Source: a virus
IMG/VR virus record: IMGVR_UViG_3300045988_075083
Span: 1 to 37,513 of that record
DNA: 37,513 nucleotides
Reading direction: 5' to 3' (one strand)
Under the pieces are notes generated by a model that had not been told where the DNA came from, made no database searches, and was given only the letters and a program-made list of their open reading frames with translations. The position numbers and the translations under genes were made by a program. Of the stretch, positions 21,413 through 30,342 are shown one piece after another; position 1 is the first letter of the stretch; every line of letters begins with the position of its first letter.

Positions 21413-21769
21413 ATGGGCTTTGACTATTCCGGCCGCAACAAGCGGTGGCAGGCCGTCCGGAAGCTGGCGCTGAAGCGTGACGGGTACCTGTGCCGAGAGT
21501 CGGCGCGATACGGCAAGATCGTCGAGGCCAACGTGGTGCATCACGTCTGGCCCGCGGAGGATTATCCGGAGTACGCCTACGAGCTGTGGAACCTGCTGTC
21601 GCTGTGTCAGGCGCAGCACGACGCAATGCACGATCGCGTCACGCGGGCGCTGACGCCTCTCGGCGAGCGCTGGCGGCGTCGGACGATACCTCCCCCGGTC
21701 ACTTCACCGCGCCGAAGTGACCAAATGACCGGCCTGGGAAGTCTTTGCACACACAGGGAAGTTTTTTAG
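21413..21769 (+). CDS. HNH endonuclease (packaging-associated type)
   Basis: RBS GGAGGTGG. RDGYLCRESARYGK...ANVVHHVWP...WNLLSLCQAQHDAMH. Upstream of the terminase genes. Confidence 0.85.
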   Translation: MGFDYSGRNKRWQAVRKLALKRDGYLCRESARYGKIVEANVVHHVWPAEDYPEYAYELWNLLSLCQAQHDAMHDRVTRALTPLGERWRRRTIPPPVTSPRRSDQMTGLGSLCTHREVF

Positions 21770-21934
21770 GAGGGTGAAATTTTGGGGAGAACCTGCTAAG
21801 CACAGCGTCCAGACGGGCGGGGAGGTTATCGCGCCTGCGGCGCAGCAGCGGGACGCGCCCAGGCGGCGCCGGAGCGCGTCGCAGAGGCAAGGCGCGGACA
21901 GAATCACGGAGGCAGGGCACAGAAAGGAGCTTGC

Positions 21935-23164
21935 ATGAAAATCGAGATGCGGCGGCTGGCGGATATCGTCCCCTATGCCGCCAACGCGAAGAAGCATGAT
22001 GCCCGCCAGGTGGCCAACGTGGCGGAGAGTATCCGGCAATACGGCTTTGTCCAGCCGGTGGTGGTGGATGCCGACGGCGTGATCGTGATCGGCCACTGCC
22101 GGGTGCTGGCGGCCCAGAAGCTGGGCATGGAGGAAATCCCCTGCGTCTGCGTCTCCGACCTGACGCCGGAGCAGGTGAACGCGCTGCGGATCGTGGACAA
22201 CAAGTCCAACGAGAGCCCGTGGGATCTCGGTCTGCTGGCCGGTGAGCTGCCCGCACTGGATCTGAGCGGGTTTGACTTCGAGTGGATCAGTCCGGAGGTA
22301 CCGGAGCCGCTGCACGGCTCTGCTGAAGCGTGCGCCGCTGCCCTCGAGGATAATCCCCTGGCGGAAGATGATCCGGGGTATCAGGCGTTTCTGGAGAAGT
22401 TCGCGCCGAAGAAAACCACGGACGACTGCTACACACCCCAAAATGTCTACGAGGTGGCAAAAACTTGGGCCGTTGAAAAATATGGTCTCTCTGGCCTTCA
22501 AGTGCTCCGGCCGTTTTATCCGGGCGGCGACTATAAGGCCGTAACATACGACAGCGACTCTGTCGTTATCGACAACCCGCCGTTTTCGATCATCTCCGAA
22601 ATCTGCGAGTGGTACACGCAAAACGGCGTCCGCTTCTTTCTGTTCGCGCCGGCGCTCACTCTTTTTGGCATTTGCCGAGGGCTTTTGAACTATGTCGCCT
22701 GCGGGGCTGGGATTACTTTTGAGAATGGCGCAAACGTCGGCATTTCCTTCGTAACAAACATGGGCAGCTGCGCAGTAGAAAGCGCGCCCGACCTTCGGGA
22801 GCGCCTTGATGCTGCGAACGGCGAGAATCTCAGGGCAGCCCGAAAGGAGCTGCCGAAGTATTCCTATCCTGCGCAGGTTTTGACCAGCGCGATGGTGCAG
22901 TATCTTGCCGCCCACGGTGTGGATTTTCGAGTGCCGCACGGTCATCTGGCGTTTACGCGGGCCTTGGACTCCCAGCGGGAGGCTGGTAAAGCCGTTTTTG
23001 GCTCCGGCTTTTTGATATCGGAGAAAGCTGCGGCGGAGAAAGCTGCGGCGGAGAAAGCTGCGGCGGAGAAAGCTGCGGCGGAGAAATGGCCGCTTTCTGA
23101 GCGAGAGCTGGCTATCGTTGCTTCGCTGGGCCGCGACGGGGGTGATTGCCATGGCGACGGTTAA
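21935..23164 (+). CDS. ParB-like N-terminal domain fused to a DNA (probably N6-adenine) methyltransferase
   Basis: N-terminus IVPYAANAKKHDARQVANVAESIRQYGFVQPVVVD...GHCRVLAA. Methyltransferase motif VVIDNPPFS. C-terminal (EKAAA)x4. Confidence 0.8.
   Translation: MKIEMRRLADIVPYAANAKKHDARQVANVAESIRQYGFVQPVVVDADGVIVIGHCRVLAAQKLGMEEIPCVCVSDLTPEQVNALRIVDNKSNESPWDLGLLAGELPALDLSGFDFEWISPEVPEPLHGSAEACAAALEDNPLAEDDPGYQAFLEKFAPKKTTDDCYTPQNVYEVAKTWAVEKYGLSGLQVLRPFYPGGDYKAVTYDSDSVVIDNPPFSIISEICEWYTQNGVRFFLFAPALTLFGICRGLLNYVACGAGITFENGANVGISFVTNMGSCAVESAPDLRERLDAANGENLRAARKELPKYSYPAQVLTSAMVQYLAAHGVDFRVPHGHLAFTRALDSQREAGKAVFGSGFLISEKAAAEKAAAEKAAAEKAAAEKWPLSERELAIVASLGRDGGDCHGDG
23021..23086 (+). repeat. 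Perfect 15-bp tandem repeat gagaaagctgcggcg x4.4, encoding (EKAAA)4
   Basis: Read directly; in frame within the methyltransferase gene. Confidence 0.9.
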
Positions 23165-23477
23165 GAAGACGCCAGAAGCGCCGCGGTATCTGACCGGCGG
23201 CACGAAGCTGCGGTTTGACGAGCTGGCGCCCAAGTGCGTGGCCATGGGGACGCTGTCCCATCTGGATGTGGATGTGCTGGCCAAGTATGTGCTGGCGGAG
23301 GACGAGTATCTGGTGGTCACGCAGAAGCTGCAGCGGGCGCTGAACGACGGCGACGCCGACAGCGCCGGGAAGTGGCTGAGCCTGCAGGGCGGCGTTGCCA
23401 AACAGTGCCTGACGCTGGGCGCGGAGTTGGGGCTGACGCCGGCGTCCCGGCGATCGCGGGGACTGATCGTTCCGTAG
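23151..23477 (+). CDS. terS: Terminase small subunit, P27 family-like (108 aa)
   Basis: APRYLTGGTKLRFDELAP...GTLSHLDVDVLAKYVLAEDEY...GAELGLTPASRRS. Confidence 0.7.
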   Translation: MATVKKTPEAPRYLTGGTKLRFDELAPKCVAMGTLSHLDVDVLAKYVLAEDEYLVVTQKLQRALNDGDADSAGKWLSLQGGVAKQCLTLGAELGLTPASRRSRGLIVP

Positions 23478-23554
23478 AAATCATGCCGGCGGGGGTGTGC
23501 CGGGCGGCTGACCGGGTTCGGGGCCGGGCAGTTCGGCCATGGATACCTCCTAGT

Positions 23555-23707
23555 CGGGCGGCGCGGGGTGCGCCGTCCGGCAGACTCCCGCCGAGGGAAA
23601 GTGCTGCGGAAACGCAGCGGAACAGGTCAAGGCGCTGCGAAGGCGCAGCGCGGGCGGACAGAGTCGTCCGCCCCTACGGAAAATCTGTGCTCAAGTTGGG
23701 AACGGGC
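23555..23707 (+). other. Cluster of four stable hairpins plus the 21-nt motif inside a 247-nt non-coding spacer
   Basis: H3 23555-23579 (10 bp). H4 23603-23618 (GCTGCG-GAAA-CGCAGC). H5 23632-23651 (GCGCTGCG-AAGG-CGCAGCGC). H6 23652-23673 (GGGCGGAC-AGAGTC-GTCCGCCC). Motif at 23687-23707. Confidence 0.6.
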
Positions 23708-23724
23708 GGAAATGAGGTGAGCGG

Positions 23725-24087
23725 GTGTCGAAGGAAGATACTTACCGGCAGGAGCTGATCCGGCTAGGGGTGTGGCAGGACGCCTTCGAGGGCGAACTGC
23801 ATCAGCTGTGCATTCTGGAGCGGGAATTGAGCCGCACCATGAAAGCGTGGAAGGCCACGGCCGCCGACGGCAAGAATCCCAGCGTTCTGGATCCCCACTA
23901 CAAGGTCATCACCCAGCAGCGCAGCGACATTCTGAGCCACCGGGAAAGCCTGGGGCTGACGCCCAAGGGCCTGCAGCGGCTGCGGAAAAGCTCGTCCGAG
24001 CAGGGCAGCGCCGGAGACGGCATCGGCCAGAAGCTGGACGACCTGATGGCGGCCGTGGGCGGCTATGACGTGGTGGGCAGCGGATGA
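23725..24087 (+). CDS. Second P27-like small terminase-type protein (120 aa, GTG start), coupled to terL
   Basis: RBS GAGGTGA. ...LDPHYKVITQQRSDILSHRESLGLTPKGLQRLRK. ATGA overlap with TerL. Confidence 0.6.
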   Translation: MSKEDTYRQELIRLGVWQDAFEGELHQLCILERELSRTMKAWKATAADGKNPSVLDPHYKVITQQRSDILSHRESLGLTPKGLQRLRKSSSEQGSAGDGIGQKLDDLMAAVGGYDVVGSG

Positions 24088-25880
24088 GGGCGCCCCATCT
24101 GGATCAGGTGCTGGCTTACGCCAGGGCTACGGCGGCGGATGAGGGCATCTGCGAACTGACGCGGCTGGGCTGCCAGCGTTTTTTGCGTGATCTGGAGGAT
24201 CCCCGCTTCGTGCTGGATCCGGCGCTGCCGGAGTTTTGCATCGGGATCATGACGAGGCTGTTCGCGTTCATGCAGGGCGAGCGGCTGGACGGCACGCCGC
24301 TGCGGGGCAAGCCCTTTGAGCTGATGCCGTGGCACCTGTACTGCACCTACGCCGTATGCGGCTTTCAGTGGGCCGACACGCGGCTGCGGCGGTTTACCGA
24401 GGCGGATATCTTCGCCCCGCGGAAGACCGTGAAGACCTGCTTTTCGGAAGCGCTGCTGTTTGCCATGTGTTTGTGGTACAAGCGCAGCGGCGCAAAGGAA
24501 AAGACGGTGGCGGGCTCCATGAAGCAGGGCATGGAGGGCTTCGAGTTCCTCAAGTACAACCTGGTGCGGCTGGGACTGGCCGCGCCGGACAACCCGGCGG
24601 GCGTGCCGCTGCGGATGCTGGACAGTTCGCTGGGGCACAAGTTTTCCGGTGAGCTGGGCGGCGGCTTTCTGGACATGGAAACGCTGGCCTACAAGCCCGA
24701 CCTGTTCGATGCGTTCAACGCCATGTTCGTCCATCTGGACGAGCTGGAGCTCTACAAAGACGCCAGGCCTTACACCCGACTGCGCGACGCTATGAAGGCC
24801 TACACCAACAAACTGGTGCTGATCACCTTCACGGCCGGCGACGACGGGACAGGCTTTGCCGCCACCCACCGGAATTATCTGGAGGCGGTGCTGCGGGGCA
24901 CCATCAAGGGGCCGGACGCCGACCGCACCTTCGTGTTCATGGCGGAAGCGCCCCGGATGGAGGACGGCGAGGTGGACTACACCAACCCGGCGGTGCATCG
25001 GGCGGCCAATCCCAGCTACGGCATCACCATCCGGCCGGACGACATGCTGGCGGCGTCCCTGCAGGCGGAGCGCAACCCCACACTGCGGAAGGAATTCCTG
25101 ACCCGTTCGCTGAACGTGTTTGTCAGCAGCTTCAAGGCGTGGTTTGACGTGGCGGAGTTCCAGCGGAGCGATGGCCGCTACAGCTGGAGCATGGCGCAGC
25201 TCAGTAAGCTGGTGAAGAACTGGTACGGCGGCGCCGACCTGTCGAAGCTGCACGACCTGACGGCGGCGGCGCTGGTGGGCGAGGTGCCCGCCAAGCTGGC
25301 AGCCACGGAGGACTGGACGCCTCCGGAGGACGTGCTGGTGATCGTGCCGCACTGCTGGTTCCCCATCACGGCGGCGGCGGAAAAAGCGGATCAAGACCGC
25401 ATCCCGCTGTTTGGCTGGAAGGACGACGGGTGGCTGGACATGCCCAACGAAGCCAGCATGGATCCCACGGAGCCGGTGAAGCAGTTTTTGGCATGGAAGA
25501 AGGCCGGATTCCACATCCGGAAGGTGGGCCACGACCGGAAATTCGCCCGAAAGTACTATCAGGCCATGAAAAAGGCCGGGTTTTCCGTGGTGGATCAGCC
25601 CCAGATGTACTTGCAGAAGTCCGAGGGCTTCCGGTACATCGAGCACAAGGCGAAGGTCGGGTGCCTGTACTACTGCCACGCGGAGCCCTATGAGTACTGC
25701 GTGGCCAACGTGCGGGCGCAGGAAAAGGTAGACGACGCTGTGCAGTACGACAAGATCGGGCCGACAAGCCGCATCGACGTGTTCGATGCTTCGGTGTTTG
25801 CCACGATCCGGATGCTGATCGACAGCGAGAAGTTAAATCAGGCCGCCAGATGGTTTGGCGGCGAGGAAGAGGAGGTGTGA
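24084..25880 (+). CDS. terL: Terminase large subunit (Terminase_1-like)
   Basis: GKPFELMPWHLYCTYAVCGFQWADTRLRRFTEADIFAPRKTVKT... and position upstream of the portal gene. Confidence 0.88.
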   Translation: MRAPHLDQVLAYARATAADEGICELTRLGCQRFLRDLEDPRFVLDPALPEFCIGIMTRLFAFMQGERLDGTPLRGKPFELMPWHLYCTYAVCGFQWADTRLRRFTEADIFAPRKTVKTCFSEALLFAMCLWYKRSGAKEKTVAGSMKQGMEGFEFLKYNLVRLGLAAPDNPAGVPLRMLDSSLGHKFSGELGGGFLDMETLAYKPDLFDAFNAMFVHLDELELYKDARPYTRLRDAMKAYTNKLVLITFTAGDDGTGFAATHRNYLEAVLRGTIKGPDADRTFVFMAEAPRMEDGEVDYTNPAVHRAANPSYGITIRPDDMLAASLQAERNPTLRKEFLTRSLNVFVSSFKAWFDVAEFQRSDGRYSWSMAQLSKLVKNWYGGADLSKLHDLTAAALVGEVPAKLAATEDWTPPEDVLVIVPHCWFPITAAAEKADQDRIPLFGWKDDGWLDMPNEASMDPTEPVKQFLAWKKAGFHIRKVGHDRKFARKYYQAMKKAGFSVVDQPQMYLQKSEGFRYIEHKAKVGCLYYCHAEPYEYCVANVRAQEKVDDAVQYDKIGPTSRIDVFDASVFATIRMLIDSEKLNQAARWFGGEEEEV

Positions 25881-25885
25881 CCGAT

Positions 25886-27052
25886 ATGGGACTATTTGGT
25901 AAACGGCAGAAGCGCTCCAGCGTGGGCGCGATACTGCTGACCACGCCCGGCGTGGTGCTGCCTGCCGGGTATCACCGGTTGGCGGACACGCCGGAGGTGG
26001 CCGGGGCCGTGTGGTGCATCTCCGACCTGATCGCCAGTATGACCATTCACCTGATGCAGAATACCAGCAACGGCGATATCCGGGTGCGGGACGAGCTGGC
26101 CAAGAAGGTGGATATCGCGCCGTGGCGCATGGGTACCCGGCAGACGCTGGTGAGCTGGATCGTGACCACGCTGCTGCTGGAGGGCGACGCCTTCGTGCTG
26201 CCGGTGACCTCCGGCGGGTATCTGGAGGATCTGGTGCCCATGCCGGACGCCTACGCCATGGCGCAGCCGGACGGGCTGACCTACACCGTGCAGTGGCAGG
26301 GCGTGCCCTTCGGGCCGGACGACGTGCTGCATTTTGTTCTGCACCCGGATCTGAGGCAGCCTTGGCGGGGCACAGGTCTGCAGGTGCAGCTGCAGGACGT
26401 GGTGGCCAGCCTGGTGCAGGCCACGGCCACCAAGACCGCCTACATGAGCAGCGAGTACCGGCCGCCGCTGATTATCTCGGTCAACTCTGACAGTGATCTG
26501 GCGGACGAGGAGGCGCGGGAGAAGTTCATCCAGAAGCGGCTGACCCGGAAGAACCGGGACGAGCCCTGGATCTTCCCGGCTGACCTGATGCATGTGGAGC
26601 AGGTCAAGCCGCTGAGCCTGACCGACCTGGCTATCCGGGACGGCGTGGAGCTGGACAAGAAGTCCATCGCCGCGGTGATCGGCGTCCCTAGCTTTCTGGT
26701 GGGCGTGGGTGAGTTCCATCGGGACGAGTATAACACGTTTATCCGGCGGAAGGTGCTGCATGTGGCCCAGATCGTGGAGCAGGAGCTGACCAAGAAGCTG
26801 CTGCTGAGCCCGGAGCGGTATTTCCGACTGAACAGCCGGTCACTCTACTCCTACGACCTGAAGGAGCTGAGCGAGATCGCCGACGAGCAGTACACCCGCG
26901 GGCTGATGACCGGAAACGAAGCCCGGGACTGGATCGGCCTGCCGCCCATGAAGGGGCTGGATGAGCTGGTGATCCTGGAAAACTATCTGCCGATCGACCG
27001 GATCGGCGACCAGAAGAAGCTGAAAGGGGGCGGCAAAAATGCCGACGAATGA
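25886..27052 (+). CDS. Portal protein (HK97-family type)
   Basis: RBS GAGGAGGTG, ATG 25886. Size and position between TerL and the prohead protease. Confidence 0.85.
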   Translation: MGLFGKRQKRSSVGAILLTTPGVVLPAGYHRLADTPEVAGAVWCISDLIASMTIHLMQNTSNGDIRVRDELAKKVDIAPWRMGTRQTLVSWIVTTLLLEGDAFVLPVTSGGYLEDLVPMPDAYAMAQPDGLTYTVQWQGVPFGPDDVLHFVLHPDLRQPWRGTGLQVQLQDVVASLVQATATKTAYMSSEYRPPLIISVNSDSDLADEEAREKFIQKRLTRKNRDEPWIFPADLMHVEQVKPLSLTDLAIRDGVELDKKSIAAVIGVPSFLVGVGEFHRDEYNTFIRRKVLHVAQIVEQELTKKLLLSPERYFRLNSRSLYSYDLKELSEIADEQYTRGLMTGNEARDWIGLPPMKGLDELVILENYLPIDRIGDQKKLKGGGKNADE

Positions 27053-27626
27053 CAACGACCGCCTGGTGCGGCAGGTGCGCTCCTGCGGGGCGGAGTTCCG
27101 GGCCCGCGACGAGGGCGGCCCGGTGATCGAGGGGTATTTCTCTGTTTTTAACCGGGACTATGAGCTGTGGCCCGGCGCGGCGGAGCAGGTGGCTCCGGGT
27201 GCCTTCCGGGAAACGCTGGGGGGCGACATCCGCGCCCTGGCCAACCACGACACGCGGCTGGTGCTGGGCCGGACGACCACCGGCACCCTGACGCTGCGGG
27301 AGGACGACAAGGGCCTATTTGGCACGATCAAGATGAACGAGCAGGACAGCGACGCCATGAACCTCTACGCCCGCGTCCAGCGGGGTGACGTGAGCCAGTG
27401 CTCGTTCGGTTTTGATATTCTGGACGAGGAATTCACGGAGCGATCCGACGGGAGCGTGCTGTGGACGATCCGGAAGGTAAAGCTATATGAGGTGAGCGTG
27501 GTGACCTTCCCGGCCTATGTGGAAACGGCGGTCAGTGCGCGGAAAGCGGAAGTGGACACCATCCGGCGCAGAAGGCTGGATGCGTGGAAAAACGAGATGA
27601 AGGAGCGAATGAAAAAATGGCATTGA
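27039..27626 (+). CDS. Prohead serine protease (HK97 family, S78)
   Basis: IEGYFSVFN...GAFRETL...LANHD...VLGR...LREDDKGL...VSQCSFGF...LYEVSVVTFPAY. Confidence 0.88.
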   Translation: MPTNDNDRLVRQVRSCGAEFRARDEGGPVIEGYFSVFNRDYELWPGAAEQVAPGAFRETLGGDIRALANHDTRLVLGRTTTGTLTLREDDKGLFGTIKMNEQDSDAMNLYARVQRGDVSQCSFGFDILDEEFTERSDGSVLWTIRKVKLYEVSVVTFPAYVETAVSARKAEVDTIRRRRLDAWKNEMKERMKKWH

Positions 27627-28933
27627 AAATTCTGATGCTGCGCAAGCGGCTGACCGACGAGGAAAAGAACAATGCGGCCCTGCGGGCCAAGCTGGCACCC
27701 TTTGCCCAGCGGGAACAGGAGCTGGCGCAGTCTATTGAGGCGGCCAGCACCGAGGAGGAACGCAGCGCCGTGCAGGCGGCTGTGGAGGCCTTTGAGAATG
27801 AGCGGGACGCGGCCCAGCAGGCTGTGACTGCCAGCGACGCGCTGATCAGCGAGCTGCGGGGCAAAATCGAGGCCGCGGAGCGAGAGCAGCAGGCGGCCGT
27901 CCAGGCCGGCGGCGAGGGCCGCGGCATGAATCCCAGCCGCCAGGGCGGCGGCATGGAGCTGCGGGAAGCGCAGGAGTTCCAGCGCACCGGCCGCCACGTC
28001 TACCGCGACGTGCGCAGCCTGCTGCGGGCTACTCCCCTGCTGACCAGCGCCACCGGCGTGGTGGGCCCCACCGGCGTGGGCGGCATCAACGACGGCTTTG
28101 TGGGCGTAAGCAGCCTGGTAGACCTGCTGAAGGTCACGGACTGCACCGGCATGGCCAGCTACAAGGTGGTGTATCTGGCCGGCGACGCGGCGGACGCCGC
28201 GGCCATCACCGAGGGCAGCGCCCCCACTGAGGGCGAGCCCACCTTCGGCAGCGTGGAACTGACCCCCAGCAACTACGGCACCATCGGCTATGTCTCCAAC
28301 GAGATCGCCAAGCAGACGCCGCTGAACTACGAGGAGAAGGTGCGGGAGAGCGCCCGCCGCAGCCTGCGCCGGAAACTGAACACCGTGGCGGCCACGGCTA
28401 TCCTGGCTTCCAGTCTGAACAATTCTCTGGGCTTGAGCGCCGCCGCAGCGGCTGCTACGGGCGCCGCCTTCTTTGACGGCGCGCTGCTGAGTAACATCAT
28501 CCTTAGCTACGGCGGCGACGAGGACACCGGCGGCGTGGGCGTGCTGTTCCTGACCAAGGAAGATCTGAAGGCCTTTGCCGCAGTGCGTGGCAAGAACGAG
28601 TATCTGCCGGTGTACTCCATCACCCCCGACGCGGCCAACCCCAGCACCGGCATCATCAAGGACAACAACGGCCTGAGCTGCCGCTACTGTCTGAGCAAGG
28701 ACATCAAGTCCCTGTCCACACTGACGCTGACCACCACTGCCACCAAGACCATGTTCTACGGCGTGCCCTCCAACGCGGAACTGGCGCTGTGGGGCGGTTT
28801 TGACGTCCGCGTGGACAGCAGCTACAAGTTCGCTGAGGGCCTGCTGGCCATCCGTGGCGAGGTGACCGCCGACGTGGACGTGACGGTGAAGAGCGGCTTC
28901 ACGGTCGTGACGGCCAAGAAGGCCGCCAGCTGA
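27617..28933 (+). CDS. Major capsid protein (HK97 fold) with N-terminal coiled-coil delta/scaffold region
   Basis: Start MALKILMLRKRL; long coiled coil, then a capsid domain; follows the protease gene. Confidence 0.88.
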   Translation: MALKILMLRKRLTDEEKNNAALRAKLAPFAQREQELAQSIEAASTEEERSAVQAAVEAFENERDAAQQAVTASDALISELRGKIEAAEREQQAAVQAGGEGRGMNPSRQGGGMELREAQEFQRTGRHVYRDVRSLLRATPLLTSATGVVGPTGVGGINDGFVGVSSLVDLLKVTDCTGMASYKVVYLAGDAADAAAITEGSAPTEGEPTFGSVELTPSNYGTIGYVSNEIAKQTPLNYEEKVRESARRSLRRKLNTVAATAILASSLNNSLGLSAAAAAATGAAFFDGALLSNIILSYGGDEDTGGVGVLFLTKEDLKAFAAVRGKNEYLPVYSITPDAANPSTGIIKDNNGLSCRYCLSKDIKSLSTLTLTTTATKTMFYGVPSNAELALWGGFDVRVDSSYKFAEGLLAIRGEVTADVDVTVKSGFTVVTAKKAAS

Positions 28934-28944
28934 TAACGGCCAAG

Positions 28945-28985
28945 AGGCGGCGGACTGAGCGGGAGCAGCAATCAGTCCGCCGCCT
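28945..28985 (+). other. 14-bp stem-loop downstream of the capsid gene (partial terminator or RNA stabiliser)
   Basis: aggcggcggactga pairs with tcagtccgccgcct; no clear T-run. Confidence 0.5.
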
Positions 28986-29009
28986 TGCGGCAGAAAGGAG
29001 CGAAACGCC

Positions 29010-29285
29010 ATGGAAATGCAAATTCTGCTGACGCGGCTGAAGCTGAGCCTGCCGCTGACGTCGGACGCCTATGACGAGCTGCTGGAGGGCTTTTTGCAGA
29101 CGGCCATCGACAAGTTCGGGGCTGACGTGACGGACGAGGGCGACCAGACGCTGGTGATCCTCTACGCCGGGTGGCTGTGGCGCAGCCAGAAAGACCCGGG
29201 TTTGCAGAAGCCTCCGGCGCTGCAGATGGCCATCAACGACCGGGCGGTGCGGAAGGCGACGGAACCGGAGGGCGGCGATGTTTGA
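29010..29285 (+). CDS. Head-tail connector (gp6-like) protein
   Basis: Size, position and the motif DELLEGFLQTAIDKF. Confidence 0.65.
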   Translation: MEMQILLTRLKLSLPLTSDAYDELLEGFLQTAIDKFGADVTDEGDQTLVILYAGWLWRSQKDPGLQKPPALQMAINDRAVRKATEPEGGDV

Positions 29286-29592
29286 CGAGCTGTATCTGAT
29301 CGCGCCCGAATTGGGAACGCAGGACGAGATCGGCGTGTTCCGCAAGACCGGGCCGGAAAATCGGCGGCGGGTACTGTGCGAGGCCGGAGGCATCCGGCGC
29401 AGCGAGTGGGCGGCTGCCGGCGCGGCCGGGCATCGGCCTGAGCTGGTGGTGACTATCCCCTATGTGGACTATCAGGGAGAGACGGAGGCCGACTACCGGG
29501 GGCAGCGGTACAGCATCTACCGCACCTATCCCGTCAACGATGGGTGGGACGTGGAACTCTATCTCGAGATGAAGGACGGTGTGCGGGGATGA
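29278..29592 (+). CDS. Head closure / head-tail adaptor protein
   Basis: Position. ...RRRVLCEAGGIRRSEWAAAG...YRGQRYSIYRTY pattern typical of head-closure proteins. Confidence 0.65.
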   Translation: MFDELYLIAPELGTQDEIGVFRKTGPENRRRVLCEAGGIRRSEWAAAGAAGHRPELVVTIPYVDYQGETEADYRGQRYSIYRTYPVNDGWDVELYLEMKDGVRG

Positions 29593-30008
29593 GTAAGAGC
29601 ATCGAGATCGACCAGTTGGCGGATGCCGTGATGGACGTGCTGGAGGAATACCGGGACGTGACCGTCGACGTCATGAAGGACGCCGTGGACAAGGTGACCA
29701 AAGAGGCCGTGGCGGAAATTCGCAGTGATATCCCAGCGGCGGGTATCGGCGGCAAGGGAGACTACCAGAAAAGCTGGGCATCCAAGCAGGACGCCGAGTC
29801 AAAGAAGCGGTACGCCTACGCCAAGGTGGTCTATGCCAAGGATCCCCACTACCGGCTGACGCACCTGTTGGAGAAGGGTCACGATCTGATTGTCAGAGGA
29901 AAGCCGTTGGGCCGCGTCAAGGCGTTTGTCCACATCCGTCCGGCGGCGGATGATGCGGCGGACAAGTTGGAGAAGTATATCAAGAGTGGACTGAAGGGGG
30001 GCAGGTAA
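29589..30008 (+). CDS. HK97 gp10-like tail-component protein
   Basis: ATGA coupling. ...YQKSWASK...VVYAKDPHYRLTHLLEKGH. Confidence 0.7.
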   Translation: MSKSIEIDQLADAVMDVLEEYRDVTVDVMKDAVDKVTKEAVAEIRSDIPAAGIGGKGDYQKSWASKQDAESKKRYAYAKVVYAKDPHYRLTHLLEKGHDLIVRGKPLGRVKAFVHIRPAADDAADKLEKYIKSGLKGGR

Positions 30009-30010
30009 GC

Positions 30011-30340
30011 GTGACACTGGCACAAGTAGACGCTGTGCTGAAAGGCACGGGGTTGCCGGTGGTCTATCACCAGTGGCGGCAGGACAACGCCAGAGGGCCG
30101 CGGCCTCCCCTGCCCCGGATCACCTATCAGGTGAAAAACGACAATCCGTTCTACGCCGACGGCGTGGTCTACTACACCTGTCCGGCCATTGAGGCGGCGC
30201 TGTATACCGCCGAGAAGGACACGGCGCTGGAGGCCGCCGTGGACACCGTGCTGCAAAGCGCAGAGATCGCCTACACCAAGACCGAAGGCTGGGTGGAGGA
30301 CGAGAGAGTATACGCGATCATCTATGAATTTGAGGTGTAA
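30011..30340 (+). CDS. Tail completion/terminator-like protein (GTG start)
   Basis: Position between the gp10-like gene and the major tail protein gene. Confidence 0.6.
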   Translation: MTLAQVDAVLKGTGLPVVYHQWRQDNARGPRPPLPRITYQVKNDNPFYADGVVYYTCPAIEAALYTAEKDTALEAAVDTVLQSAEIAYTKTEGWVEDERVYAIIYEFEV

Positions 30341-30342
30341 TT

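Noticed and set aside
24063-25679. 538-aa minus-strand ORF antisense to the large terminase. Similar long antisense ORFs occur at 27515-29011, 31277-32713, 21704-23401, 5567-6697, 1242-2102, 16769-17845, 15905-16729 and 25892-26761.
   Set aside because: They are rich in Arg/Pro/Gly/His/Gln, have no RBS, and lie fully inside well-supported plus-strand genes. These are typical stop-poor shadow frames of GC-rich DNA.
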